64,000 nt of DNA from an uncultured Gammaproteobacteria bacterium (GTDB lineage: Bacteria > Patescibacteriota > Microgenomatia > CAZETR01 > Amesbacteraceae), in assembly GCA_964518565.1 (NCBI GenBank), contig CAZFGX010000001.1:75046-139045 (forward strand), written 5' to 3'. The notes below the pieces were generated by a model. That model was not told the origin of the DNA. It ran no database searches and worked only from the letters and a program-made list of their open reading frames with translations. The stretch's first letter is position 1. Every line of letters starts with the position of its first letter. The position numbers and the translations under genes are program-made. This document shows positions 50,783-59,956 of this stretch, one piece after another.

Positions 50783-50929
50783 TTATTTAGCAGCTCCAAT
50801 CTTAAACATTTTTGTGCCACAAACTGGGCATTTACCTTCAGTTGCTGGTTTACCATTTTTCATAGTAATTTGGCGAGCTTCAGGATCTTCCCGTTTTGCA
50901 CGACACTTAACACAATACATACTTGCCAT
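50783..50929 (-). CDS. Small zinc-ribbon protein (48 aa).
   Basis: Minus-strand translation gives MASMYCVKCRAKREDPEARQITMKNGKPATEGKCPVCGTKMFKIGAAK. Not in the track (<60 aa). Convergent with the exonuclease gene. Confidence 0.45.
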   Translation of the reverse strand: MASMYCVKCRAKREDPEARQITMKNGKPATEGKCPVCGTKMFKIGAAK

Positions 50930-51205
50930 AGTTACACGTCACCCCCTCTCAAAAAAAATATCATAAAGATAAAGAATGTAGTAATTGGAAAACAGTCTTC
51001 CAGCCACCATGTTGCAAATATATATACAAACCGGCTTGCATTGCAAGGCCGGCAATAGTAACCAAAGTTGTTTTTACTAAATCAGTTCGAATAGTTTCCC
51101 ATGGCAACGCTAACTCTGGTTGATGAAATTTTGTGGCCATGGGCTCATACTAGCACACGCCTAGAGTATGGGCAAACATTCCTAGCGTGTGCTATGCTTA
51201 ACCAG

Positions 51206-52396
51206 ATGTCAAAAGTCAAAATTTTTTTACTCGGATTGGGGGTTTTTCTTCTAGCTACAGGTGGTTCATATTTAGTCTTCAAAAAAACTAATACATCCTT
51301 ACCCATATCGTCTATTACTCCTACTACTACTGCCTCAAAAAATACCAAACGTCCGACTATTGACCCGTCTATTCCTCGAACTGAAGTTTGTCCATTAAAT
51401 GGCGCAATGTTTACTAAACAAGAAAAAGATATTTGGGATACTCGTCGACCGCTAGGAGTAATGATTGAAAACACCGTCGATGCCCGACCTCAGTCTGGAC
51501 TCTCTACAGCAGACATCGTATATGAAGCAGTTGCAGAGGGTGGTATCACTAGATTTATGGGTCTTTTTTATTGCAATGCTGCTATGGCTGGCAATATTAC
51601 ATTGGCACCAGTCCGTTCAGCACGAATTTATTTTGTAAATCTTATTTCAGAATATGATGGGTTATACAATCACGTAGGCGGAGCTGGCAACTGCGATGAT
51701 CCAAATGTAGACCCTCGAGCCAAAGCTTTGTGTACAATTCGTAAAAACAATATCAAAGACCTCGACCAATTTGGCCGTGCTGGAGATTTTAAAACCTGCC
51801 ACCGTTTGGCCAATCGCCTAGATCGTGAAGTGGCATATGAACATACAATGGCCTGTTTTCTTGAAGAACTCTATAATGCCGGCGCTAAGGCCGGTTGGAC
51901 CAATGTCGATGAAAAAGGCGTTGCTTGGAACAAAGGATTCGTTTCATGGAAATTCAAAACTGAATCGACAAAGATCTCCACTTCACCTGCCACAAATATC
52001 TCATATATGTTCTGGGAACATAATCGAGATTTTAACAAGAGTTTTGATACATCTTGGAAATACGACTCAGTTACCAACAGTTATTTACGTTCAAATGCTG
52101 GTACTCAATCTATCGATTTAAATACAAACGAGCCGCTTGCCTTCAAAAACCTGGTTATCGAATATGCCAAAGAAACCAATTTAGGTGATTTGGAGCATCA
52201 CATGCTTTATGACGTCATAGGTACCGGTAAAGCCCAATTCTTTATGGATGGCCAAGTTGTTGAAGGGACCTGGTCTAAAGCTAGTCGTACTGCTAGAACG
52301 CTGTATTTTGATAAATCTGGCAAAGAAATCAAGTTCAATCCTGGACCTATCTGGATTTCTATCATCCCATCTACAAATACTGTCACAATTCAGTAG
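51206..52396 (+). CDS. Secreted/membrane-anchored DUF3048-like protein (YerB-like).
   Basis: Start chosen at MSKVKIFLLGLGVFLLATG (signal anchor); 51194 is an alternative. Conserved central region LAPVRSARIYFVNLISEYDGLYNHVGG. The N-terminal extension of the track ORF overlaps a palindromic leader. Confidence 0.5.
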   Translation: MSKVKIFLLGLGVFLLATGGSYLVFKKTNTSLPISSITPTTTASKNTKRPTIDPSIPRTEVCPLNGAMFTKQEKDIWDTRRPLGVMIENTVDARPQSGLSTADIVYEAVAEGGITRFMGLFYCNAAMAGNITLAPVRSARIYFVNLISEYDGLYNHVGGAGNCDDPNVDPRAKALCTIRKNNIKDLDQFGRAGDFKTCHRLANRLDREVAYEHTMACFLEELYNAGAKAGWTNVDEKGVAWNKGFVSWKFKTESTKISTSPATNISYMFWEHNRDFNKSFDTSWKYDSVTNSYLRSNAGTQSIDLNTNEPLAFKNLVIEYAKETNLGDLEHHMLYDVIGTGKAQFFMDGQVVEGTWSKASRTARTLYFDKSGKEIKFNPGPIWISIIPSTNTVTIQ

Positions 52397-52460
52397 CTGA
52401 GTCTTTTAAGTACTCATTCCTCTTGGAATTTTCCTTCAATAGTGATATCTTCTTGGTGTA

Positions 52461-53039
52461 ATGCTCAAAGATTTGTTCATTTCCAAAACTCGAGTCAAAC
52501 TTTTAGAAAGCTTTTTAGCAGACCCTACCCAAATGTATCACGTCCGAGACCTGGTTAGAAAAACTGGAGATGAAATCAACGCAGTTCGTCGAGAATTAGC
52601 GCGTATGGAAGAAGTGGGTATGGTCAAAAAAGAACCTCGCGGCAACCGATTGTACTATTGGTTTAGAAAAGATTACGAATATTATTCCGATTTACTTAGC
52701 TTGGTAGCCAAGAGTACTGGCATAGGTGCTGCGTTATTAAAAAACAAAACCAAATTAGGTAAGGTGAGTCTAATAATGCTATCAGGTAAATTTGTCCGTC
52801 ATGTAACCAAAAAAAATCCAGATGAAGTAGATTTACTCATTGTTGGTGAAGTGGTCATGTCTGAACTGGGAAATTTAGTCAAAGCCGAAGAATCGCGTCG
52901 CAATGTCTCTATTAATTACACACCAATGACAGAAGATGAATTAAAATTTCGCAGATCGCGTCGAGACCCCTTTTTACAAAACCTTTTACTCAACTCTCGA
53001 GTTATGATACTGGGAGATGAAGTTGACCTAACGGGCTAA
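52461..53039 (+). CDS. Winged-helix transcriptional regulator-like protein with an uncharacterised C-terminal domain.
   Basis: N-terminal wHTH (MYHVRDLVRKTGDEINAVRRELARMEEVGMVKKEPRGNRLYYWF). The C-terminal half has no clear motifs. Confidence 0.45.
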   Translation: MLKDLFISKTRVKLLESFLADPTQMYHVRDLVRKTGDEINAVRRELARMEEVGMVKKEPRGNRLYYWFRKDYEYYSDLLSLVAKSTGIGAALLKNKTKLGKVSLIMLSGKFVRHVTKKNPDEVDLLIVGEVVMSELGNLVKAEESRRNVSINYTPMTEDELKFRRSRRDPFLQNLLLNSRVMILGDEVDLTG

Positions 53040-53041
53040 CT

Positions 53042-53218
53042 ATGACACAAAAAATTCTCAAAAATGGCAATTCGCTCGCAGTCACTATTCCAGCAAAATT
53101 TGCTAAAATCCTAGGATTACAACCAGGCAGTGTAGTAAAAACTCAAGTTGATATGGCTACTGGTCAAGTCACTTATTCATTTTTAAGTGCCAGTCAAATG
53201 TCATTACTAAATAAATAA
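53042..53218 (+). CDS. AbrB/MazE/SpoVT-type small DNA-binding protein (58 aa; antitoxin-like).
   Basis: MTQKILKNGNSLAVTIPAKFAKILGLQPGSVVKTQVDMATGQVTYSF is a swapped-hairpin AbrB/MazE signature (KNGNS..VTIP). Below the ORF-track cutoff. Starts 2 nt after the upstream stop. Confidence 0.45.
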   Translation: MTQKILKNGNSLAVTIPAKFAKILGLQPGSVVKTQVDMATGQVTYSFLSASQMSLLNK

Positions 53219-53223
53219 TTATT

Positions 53224-54513
53224 ATGCGAAACAGTATTTTTATTTTTTTTCTTATCAGTCTATGTCTACTAGTATTAATGCCCAAGACGCTCACACTCGG
53301 ATCAAAAACCTTTTATCGTCCCAAAATAGACCTCACTTTTTTTAATGCCAAAATAGTTCGCGATTTAGATTTTAAGCTAGGTCTAGACCTCCAAGGCGGT
53401 AGCCATTTAGTCTATGAAGCCAATATGACCAATATTCCTGACGACCAAAAACAAGCGGCAATTTCAGCAACCAAAGATAACATAAATCGTCGTATCAATT
53501 CGCTTGGTGTGTCGGAGCCTATTATTCAAACTTCTCAGTCAGGCTCTTCTTATCGACTCATAGTCGAGCTTCCTGGAATAAAGGATGTACAGTCTGCCTT
53601 GAATACTATTGGTCAGACCGCTGAACTCAACTTTGTCGAAGTTGTTAGTACCTCACCTGGTACACCAGAGTTATTCAAACCTACAGATTTAACGGGTAAA
53701 GATCTTAAAAATGCTTCGGTGCAGTTTAATGGTGCCAATCAATCCTCGGGTCAGCCTGTAGTTTCGATCGAATTTACCCCAGAAGGAGCACAAAAATTTG
53801 CGGATATCACCAAAAGAAATATTGGCAAACCCCTAGCAATATTCCTAGACAACACCCCAGTTACTGCTCCCACTGTTCAAGACGTTATCTCAGACGGTCG
53901 TGCAGTTATTTCAGGAAATTTCACAATAGATGATGCCAAACGTTTGGCCATCCAGCTTAACGCCGGTGCATTACCAGTACCAATAAAAATTCTCGAACAA
54001 AAATCTGTTGGAGCTACCCTTGGTTCAGAATCAGTCACAAAAAGCTTGTTTGCCGGTCTGGTCGGCCTGGTTCTCATTTGGTTGTTTATGATTGCCAATT
54101 ATGGACTCAAGGGCTTATTGGCCAATATTGCCTTGACAATATATGTGCTCATTTCCCTGGCATTGTTTAAACTCATCCCAATAACCTTAACCCTAGCAGG
54201 TATTGCTGGATTTGTTTTGTCAGTGGGTATGGCAGTAGATGCAAATATTCTAATCTTTGAACGTATAAAAGAAGAACTTCGTTGGGGTCGTCCCATGCGA
54301 GCTGCAATTGAGCTAGGTTTTCATCGTGCTTGGACGTCCGTTCGTGATAGCAATATGAGTTCGCTGATGACTGCTGGAATTTTATTCTGGTTTGGTACTG
54401 GATCAATTCGCGGGTTTGCACTGACTTTAATCGTTGGTATTCTTGTATCACTGTTCACTTCAATCACTATTACACGTTCACTTGTTCGTCGTATTTATCA
54501 ACCAAAAAATTAA
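53224..54513 (+). CDS. secD: Protein translocase subunit SecD.
   Basis: 429 aa with N-terminal TM, periplasmic domain and C-terminal 5-TM bundle. Followed by secF. Confidence 0.85.
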   Translation: MRNSIFIFFLISLCLLVLMPKTLTLGSKTFYRPKIDLTFFNAKIVRDLDFKLGLDLQGGSHLVYEANMTNIPDDQKQAAISATKDNINRRINSLGVSEPIIQTSQSGSSYRLIVELPGIKDVQSALNTIGQTAELNFVEVVSTSPGTPELFKPTDLTGKDLKNASVQFNGANQSSGQPVVSIEFTPEGAQKFADITKRNIGKPLAIFLDNTPVTAPTVQDVISDGRAVISGNFTIDDAKRLAIQLNAGALPVPIKILEQKSVGATLGSESVTKSLFAGLVGLVLIWLFMIANYGLKGLLANIALTIYVLISLALFKLIPITLTLAGIAGFVLSVGMAVDANILIFERIKEELRWGRPMRAAIELGFHRAWTSVRDSNMSSLMTAGILFWFGTGSIRGFALTLIVGILVSLFTSITITRSLVRRIYQPKN

Positions 54514-54514
54514 T

Positions 54515-55393
54515 ATGAAATTCATGTCTCACGTCAAAATTTATTTTCTGATATCTTTGTTAATTTTAATTCCTGGAATTGTTTCTTTGATCCATTATGG
54601 TTTGCGCTTCTCAATCGATTTTACCGGTGGTACATTATTAGAAATTCAGACCAAGAGTCCTGTCTCTGCAGATCAAGTTAAGTCTATCGCTCAAAAAAAT
54701 GATGTAGAAATATCATCTATTAGTAATGTCTCAGACAATATTCTGCTCATTCGAGCCAAGCCCATATCTCAAGAAAAAAATACTCAATTAAAGTCCGCAT
54801 TGACCCAAGAAATTGGAGAAATATCTGAACGCCGCTTTGAAACAGTTGGTCCTGTCATTGGTGCAGAACTCACTCGAAAAGCAATTACCGCCGTTATCGT
54901 TGCTGCTCTAGCAATTATTGCCTATTTAGCATGGTCATTTAAAGCCATACCCAAGCCATATTCATCTTGGAAGTTTGGTGTCTCAGCTGTTGTTGCCCTA
55001 TTGCACGACGCCCTAGTGGTGTTAGGAATTTTTTCCTTATTAGGTCACTATTATCATGTAGAAATCGACGCCTTATTTGTGACAGCTATCTTGACGGTGA
55101 TTGGCTTTTCTGTCCATGACACGATTGTCGTCTTTGACCGCATCCGCGAAAACGTAATAAAAATGCATCATGCTAGTTTCTATGAAGTCGTAGATTTTTC
55201 CTTAGCAGAAACCTTAAACCGTTCACTCAACACTTCTCTTACTGTCATACTTACTCTATCTGCGCTGTTATTTTTTGGTGGCGAGTCAATTCGTTGGTTT
55301 GTCGTTGCGCTGCTTATCGGCATCATTTCTGGTACCTATAGCAGTATTTTCAATGCAGCTCCAATTCTGGCCATTTGGGAAGAAAAAAAATAA
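54515..55393 (+). CDS. secF: Protein translocase subunit SecF.
   Basis: Internal start MKFMSHVKIYFLISLL at 54515, 1 nt after the secD stop. The N-terminal extension in track ORF 54434 is rejected. Confidence 0.85.
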   Translation: MKFMSHVKIYFLISLLILIPGIVSLIHYGLRFSIDFTGGTLLEIQTKSPVSADQVKSIAQKNDVEISSISNVSDNILLIRAKPISQEKNTQLKSALTQEIGEISERRFETVGPVIGAELTRKAITAVIVAALAIIAYLAWSFKAIPKPYSSWKFGVSAVVALLHDALVVLGIFSLLGHYYHVEIDALFVTAILTVIGFSVHDTIVVFDRIRENVIKMHHASFYEVVDFSLAETLNRSLNTSLTVILTLSALLFFGGESIRWFVVALLIGIISGTYSSIFNAAPILAIWEEKK

Positions 55394-56749
55394 CTACAAG
55401 CTCAATTGTTGTAGCCGTCCAAGCAATTGCTCTCGTTCATTAATCAATTTTTGTTCCACGATCTCATCAAATAAAAGTTGTAAATATTTTCCTACCAGTA
55501 CTCCACCAGAAATATTTTTTTCTTTCATCACATCAAAACCATTAATTCGCAAATCTCTAATCTGGAATGGTTGTTTTTGTACATCCAGTAATCTTTTTTT
55601 AAATTCCTCCAATCGCCAGCTTGTTTCTTGCGCTCCTCCTCCCAACCGGTCTCCTGTTCTGAGAGCTAACATGTCAGGGACATATTCCAAACCTACATTT
55701 CGAATAAATCGCCGAATAGCGTTGTCTGTTTGTCTTTCGTCCACCGTAAACTGGTGCCAACGAACTAGTCGAACAAATTTTTCCTTATCTGCTTTTGAAA
55801 ATCTCAATCGATCGGCAATTCGCTCAGCAATTTTTGCACTCTCCATTTCATGGTTGTAAAACGTAATCCTACCGTCTGGATACATCCGCTGTGTTCGTAC
55901 TTTGCCTACATCATGTATCAATGTCGCAAACCTCGTCACTGGATCAGCGCTGGTACAATGTCTCAACGACTCCACGCTATGGGTGCCTACATCATAAATA
56001 TGATGCCTACCGGGGCTTTTTTGCTCTACTCCAAATGTTTGTTCCATTTCGGGTAATATATATCTTCCAAGTGCTGTATTTCTCAGTAGCATATATCCAT
56101 CGGCTGGCCATGGGCTACTAAAAATTTTAAACAATTCATCGTGGATTCGTTCCCAAGCAATAGCCGATATGTGTTCAGCATTTCGGACAATCGCCATAAA
56201 TGTTTCTTCCTCAATAGCAAACTGTAGTTGGCTCGCAAATCTGACAGCCCGTAACATGCGCAATGCATCTTCACCAAATCGTTCATCAGCATTTCGTACC
56301 GTACGAATCAACCTGTGTTTCAGGTCTTGTTGACCGCCAAATAAATCAATAAGTTCAAATTGATCATATTGAATTTGTTTCAATGCCATTGCATTGATAG
56401 TAAAATCTCTGCGACCCAGATCCTCTTCGAGTGTTTTACCCCAAATGACACGATCGGGATGTCGTCCGTCTGAATAGCCTTGTTCGGTTCGAAATGTAGT
56501 CACTTCATATGGCTTCTCCGCAGTTTTTACACCTACAGTTCCAAAGGAATTGTCATAAAAACTATCAGGTAAAAATTTCAACATTTCTTCAGGTGTAGCA
56601 TCTGTAGCAAAGTCCCAATCCGATCTCCCTCTATCTAGTAAAATATCACGTACAATTCCACCTACGATATACAACTGAAAACCCTGCCTTTCAAACAACG
56701 AAAAAAGTTGCTGAACGTGATCTGGTAGACTTAAAGATATTCGTGACAC
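55394..56749 (-). CDS. cca: CCA-adding tRNA nucleotidyltransferase with C-terminal HD domain.
   Basis: GGIVRDILLDRGRSDWDFAT Pol-beta NTase head. HD domain (RHHIYDVGTHSVESL...LIHDVGK). Confidence 0.8.
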   Translation of the reverse strand: MSRISLSLPDHVQQLFSLFERQGFQLYIVGGIVRDILLDRGRSDWDFATDATPEEMLKFLPDSFYDNSFGTVGVKTAEKPYEVTTFRTEQGYSDGRHPDRVIWGKTLEEDLGRRDFTINAMALKQIQYDQFELIDLFGGQQDLKHRLIRTVRNADERFGEDALRMLRAVRFASQLQFAIEEETFMAIVRNAEHISAIAWERIHDELFKIFSSPWPADGYMLLRNTALGRYILPEMEQTFGVEQKSPGRHHIYDVGTHSVESLRHCTSADPVTRFATLIHDVGKVRTQRMYPDGRITFYNHEMESAKIAERIADRLRFSKADKEKFVRLVRWHQFTVDERQTDNAIRRFIRNVGLEYVPDMLALRTGDRLGGGAQETSWRLEEFKKRLLDVQKQPFQIRDLRINGFDVMKEKNISGGVLVGKYLQLLFDEIVEQKLINEREQLLGRLQQLSL

Positions 56750-56769
56750 AAACTAAGTATAACTGATAT

Positions 56770-58299
56770 ATGACGACAGAAGAAATCATCCAAACTATAT
56801 TAAAAAATCGTGGCCTTGTAACATTAGAAGACCAAAATACATTCTTCAGCCCCATCCATCCAGAAAAAATACCTCCTCTTTTTGAATCAGAACCGGCAAT
56901 TCAATTAATTAAACATCATATACAACAAAAAAATAGCATCGCTATTTATGGAGACTATGATGTTGATGGGGTCAGTTCCACGGCAATTTTATGGGAAACG
57001 ATATATAAATATACACATCTAGTATTTCCACATATACCTCATCGAAAAGAAGAGGGGTATGGACTATCGCAAAGAGGAATTGATAAGTGTTTAGAACAAA
57101 ATGCCAAGTTAATTATCACAATAGACAACGGCATAGTAGCTAACCAACAAGTCCAATATGCCCGAGACCAGGGATGCGATGTGATAATTATTGATCACCA
57201 TGAAGCCTCAAGTCAGTTACCAAATGCCAATGTCATACTACACAGCACACAAACGTGTGCCAGTGTCCTGGCCTGGCTATTTGTCAGGGATTTTCTCGGC
57301 CACTCAAATATGGAGCTACTTGGCCTGGCTGCATTAGGAGTTATTTGTGACATGATACCGTTGTTGGGTTTGAACCGCAGCGTTGCCTTGTTTGGTCTAA
57401 ACCAATTACGTCGTACAAATAGACCGGGTTTATTGGCTCTATATCACGAGGCTGGATTTACCGCAGACACAATTGACACGTACAAGGTTGGTTTTCTTAT
57501 TGGCCCTCGGCTCAATGCAATGGGTCGACTCGAACACGCACTCGATAGTTTACGTTTGTTGTGTATCAAAGACCCACAAAAAGCCAGTCAGTTAGCCCAA
57601 ATGCTCGGCGAAACCAACCGTAGTCGCCAGGAGCTTACGCAGCAGGCAGTTAATCACGCGTTAACAAATATCTCGGTTTCAAATGTTATTGTTACGGCAG
57701 ATTCTTCCTACGAAGAGGGGATCATCGGTTTGATTGCTTCAAAGCTGGTCGAAAAATATTATCGCCCCGTGTTAGCCATTAGCATTGGATCTGAAATTAG
57801 CAAAGGCTCAGCTCGTTCAATAGCAGGATTTGATATCACAAACCATTTGCGACAACATTCTCACTTATTGACTGCTGTAGGAGGTCATCAAATGGCAGCT
57901 GGGTTTAGTCTACACACCAAGGATTTACCAGAATTTATCTCATCAGTTTCTAACGCTAATATTCCTGAAGAATTGTTAACAAAAAAACAGCGAATTGATT
58001 GCCAAATTCCTACATCGGCAATAAATAATCAATTATGGTTTGAATTACAAAAATTTGCCCCTTTTGGGCTAGGTAACCCTCAACCTGTCTTCAGTTCTCA
58101 AATAATCAATGTTAAAAATCTGCGCAAAATTGGTCAACAACAAAACCATCTCAAAATGACCATCGATTCCCTCGACGCCATCTGGTTCAATTTTACAGAC
58201 GCCAATATTGACTCAAAAAACAAACTTATCTACAGCCTCTCCCAAAATACATTTAACCAAAAAACAACACTCCAATTACTCATAAAAGATCTGCAGTAA
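56770..58299 (+). CDS. recJ: Single-stranded-DNA-specific exonuclease RecJ (DHH/DHHA1).
   Basis: YGDYDVDGVSSTAIL, IIDHH and the GGHQMAAG DHHA1 motif. Confidence 0.8.
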   Translation: MTTEEIIQTILKNRGLVTLEDQNTFFSPIHPEKIPPLFESEPAIQLIKHHIQQKNSIAIYGDYDVDGVSSTAILWETIYKYTHLVFPHIPHRKEEGYGLSQRGIDKCLEQNAKLIITIDNGIVANQQVQYARDQGCDVIIIDHHEASSQLPNANVILHSTQTCASVLAWLFVRDFLGHSNMELLGLAALGVICDMIPLLGLNRSVALFGLNQLRRTNRPGLLALYHEAGFTADTIDTYKVGFLIGPRLNAMGRLEHALDSLRLLCIKDPQKASQLAQMLGETNRSRQELTQQAVNHALTNISVSNVIVTADSSYEEGIIGLIASKLVEKYYRPVLAISIGSEISKGSARSIAGFDITNHLRQHSHLLTAVGGHQMAAGFSLHTKDLPEFISSVSNANIPEELLTKKQRIDCQIPTSAINNQLWFELQKFAPFGLGNPQPVFSSQIINVKNLRKIGQQQNHLKMTIDSLDAIWFNFTDANIDSKNKLIYSLSQNTFNQKTTLQLLIKDLQ

Positions 58300-58318
58300 C
58301 AAAGTGCTATAATTAGCT

Positions 58319-59830
58319 ATGACAGACCCAAAAAAAGAGCTAATTGTAGCCATAAAATCCACAAATACACCTCATGATATAGAGAAAATATCTCAAGCTT
58401 GGGAATTTGCCAACCTGGCCCACAGTGGCCAACTTCGTAAATCTGGCGAACCTTTTATTAATCACCCGACTGAAACCGCCAAAATATTAGTCAGTTGGGG
58501 ACTTGACGACAGCAGCATTATTGGTGGAATTTTGCACGACACGATCGAAGATGGGGGAGCCACTCGTGATGATATAGTTAGTCAATTTGGCGAAGAAATT
58601 GCCCTGCTCGTCGATGGAGTGACCAAAATTAGTGATATTCGTCTAAAAGGCAGTGCTCAGGATTTATTTGTCGAAAACTTACGCAAAATGTTACTTGTGA
58701 TGGCTAAAGATGTTCGAGTGGTACTTATTAAACTCGCAGATCGTTTACACAATATGCGCACAATCAAAATTTTGCCCCCTGAAAAGCGAAAGCGCATTGC
58801 AAATGAAACCATAGACATTTATGCGGCCTTAGCTGACCGTCTTGGAATGAGCGAAATTGCTGGTGAAATGGACGATCTGAGTTTTCCTCATGCTCACCCT
58901 GAAGAATACGATCAGTTGGTCGAAAAAACAGACCAATTTTACAAAGACGCGGATCGCCAAGTCCAAAAAATGAAAACAGAATTAATGGAAAGCTTAAAAA
59001 CTGATTTACCCGATGCCAAAATTTCGGTCCGTGAAAAACATATGTATTCTCTTTACAAAAAACTCCAACGTCCAGAAATAGCTGGAGATCTCGGTCGTAT
59101 CCATGATTTAGTTGCTGCTCGTATTATTACTCAGACAGTCGCCGAGTGTTATATTGCCTTAGGCATAGTTCATGGTCAGTATCGACCAGTTCCATATCTT
59201 GGTGTATCAGATTACATTGCTACACCCAAACCCAACGGATATCAAAGTATCCATACAAAAGTCTTTGGTCCGGACGGTCAAATTGTCGAAATCCAAATAC
59301 GCACATATGATATGCATGAACAAGCCGAAAAAGGCGTGGCCGCCCACTGGCACTATGCTGAAGCCAAATCAAAAAAAGGTGCCTCAAGTGAACAACTAGA
59401 AAAAGGCCTAATCGCCGCCCCAGAAGAAAAACTTTCCTGGGTAAGACAATTAATGTCTTGGCAAAAAGAAATCGCCGACAATAAAGAATATCTAAACACT
59501 CTTAAAATTGACGCCTTTCAAAATCGAATTATGGTTTTTTCACCACTAGGCGATGTCTATGATCTGCCTCGCGGAGCAACACCAGTAGACTATGCTTATG
59601 CTGTTCATACCCAGCTCGGCCATCAAGCAGTCGGTGCCAAAGTAAACACAAAACTTGTATCTTTGAGTCACAAGCTAAACAATGGCGATGTGGTCGAAAT
59701 TGTCATCGACGAAAAACGTGGCAAACCAAATCGGGACTGGCTAGATTTCGTGGCGACCCATACAGCAAAATCCCAAATCGCCAAATCATTACGTACAAAT
59801 ACAGATACAAAGGTGTATAATTCAAAGTAA
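58319..59830 (+). CDS. rel: Bifunctional (p)ppGpp synthetase/hydrolase Rel (HD-SYNTH-TGS; lacks C-terminal ACT/ZFD).
   Basis: HD motif HDTIEDG. Synthetase motif YQSIHTKVFGPDGQIVEIQIRT. TGS domain near the C-terminus. Confidence 0.85.
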   Translation: MTDPKKELIVAIKSTNTPHDIEKISQAWEFANLAHSGQLRKSGEPFINHPTETAKILVSWGLDDSSIIGGILHDTIEDGGATRDDIVSQFGEEIALLVDGVTKISDIRLKGSAQDLFVENLRKMLLVMAKDVRVVLIKLADRLHNMRTIKILPPEKRKRIANETIDIYAALADRLGMSEIAGEMDDLSFPHAHPEEYDQLVEKTDQFYKDADRQVQKMKTELMESLKTDLPDAKISVREKHMYSLYKKLQRPEIAGDLGRIHDLVAARIITQTVAECYIALGIVHGQYRPVPYLGVSDYIATPKPNGYQSIHTKVFGPDGQIVEIQIRTYDMHEQAEKGVAAHWHYAEAKSKKGASSEQLEKGLIAAPEEKLSWVRQLMSWQKEIADNKEYLNTLKIDAFQNRIMVFSPLGDVYDLPRGATPVDYAYAVHTQLGHQAVGAKVNTKLVSLSHKLNNGDVVEIVIDEKRGKPNRDWLDFVATHTAKSQIAKSLRTNTDTKVYNSK

Positions 59831-59902
59831 TCTATTTGTTACGACATGAGTTTGCTGACAACAAGCCAGTAGCAACGGAAGTTGACCGATTCAACCAAAT
59901 TA

Positions 59903-59956
59903 AGACCCTTGTGAGCTGGCACATGAAAGCGCACAAATATAGGGTCTTTTTATTTT
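59903..59956 (+). terminator. Terminator/attenuator-like hairpin ending in a T-run immediately 5' of the aspS ATG.
   Basis: AGACCCT...(about 31-nt loop)...AGGGTCTTTTTATTTT. The T-run ends at 59956 and the ATG is at 59957. Confidence 0.45.

Noticed and set aside
50783-50929. Ribosomal protein L33 (rpmG) call for the 48-aa minus-strand CxxC...CxxC ORF.
   Set aside because: The sequence (MASMYCVKCRAKRED...) does not match the L33 consensus. Kept only as a generic small zinc-ribbon protein.
59831-59956. T-box riboswitch upstream of aspS.
   Set aside because: I could not find the conserved T-box antiterminator sequence (AGGGUGGNACCGCG) or a convincing specifier loop in the 126-nt leader. Reported only as a terminator/attenuator-like hairpin.
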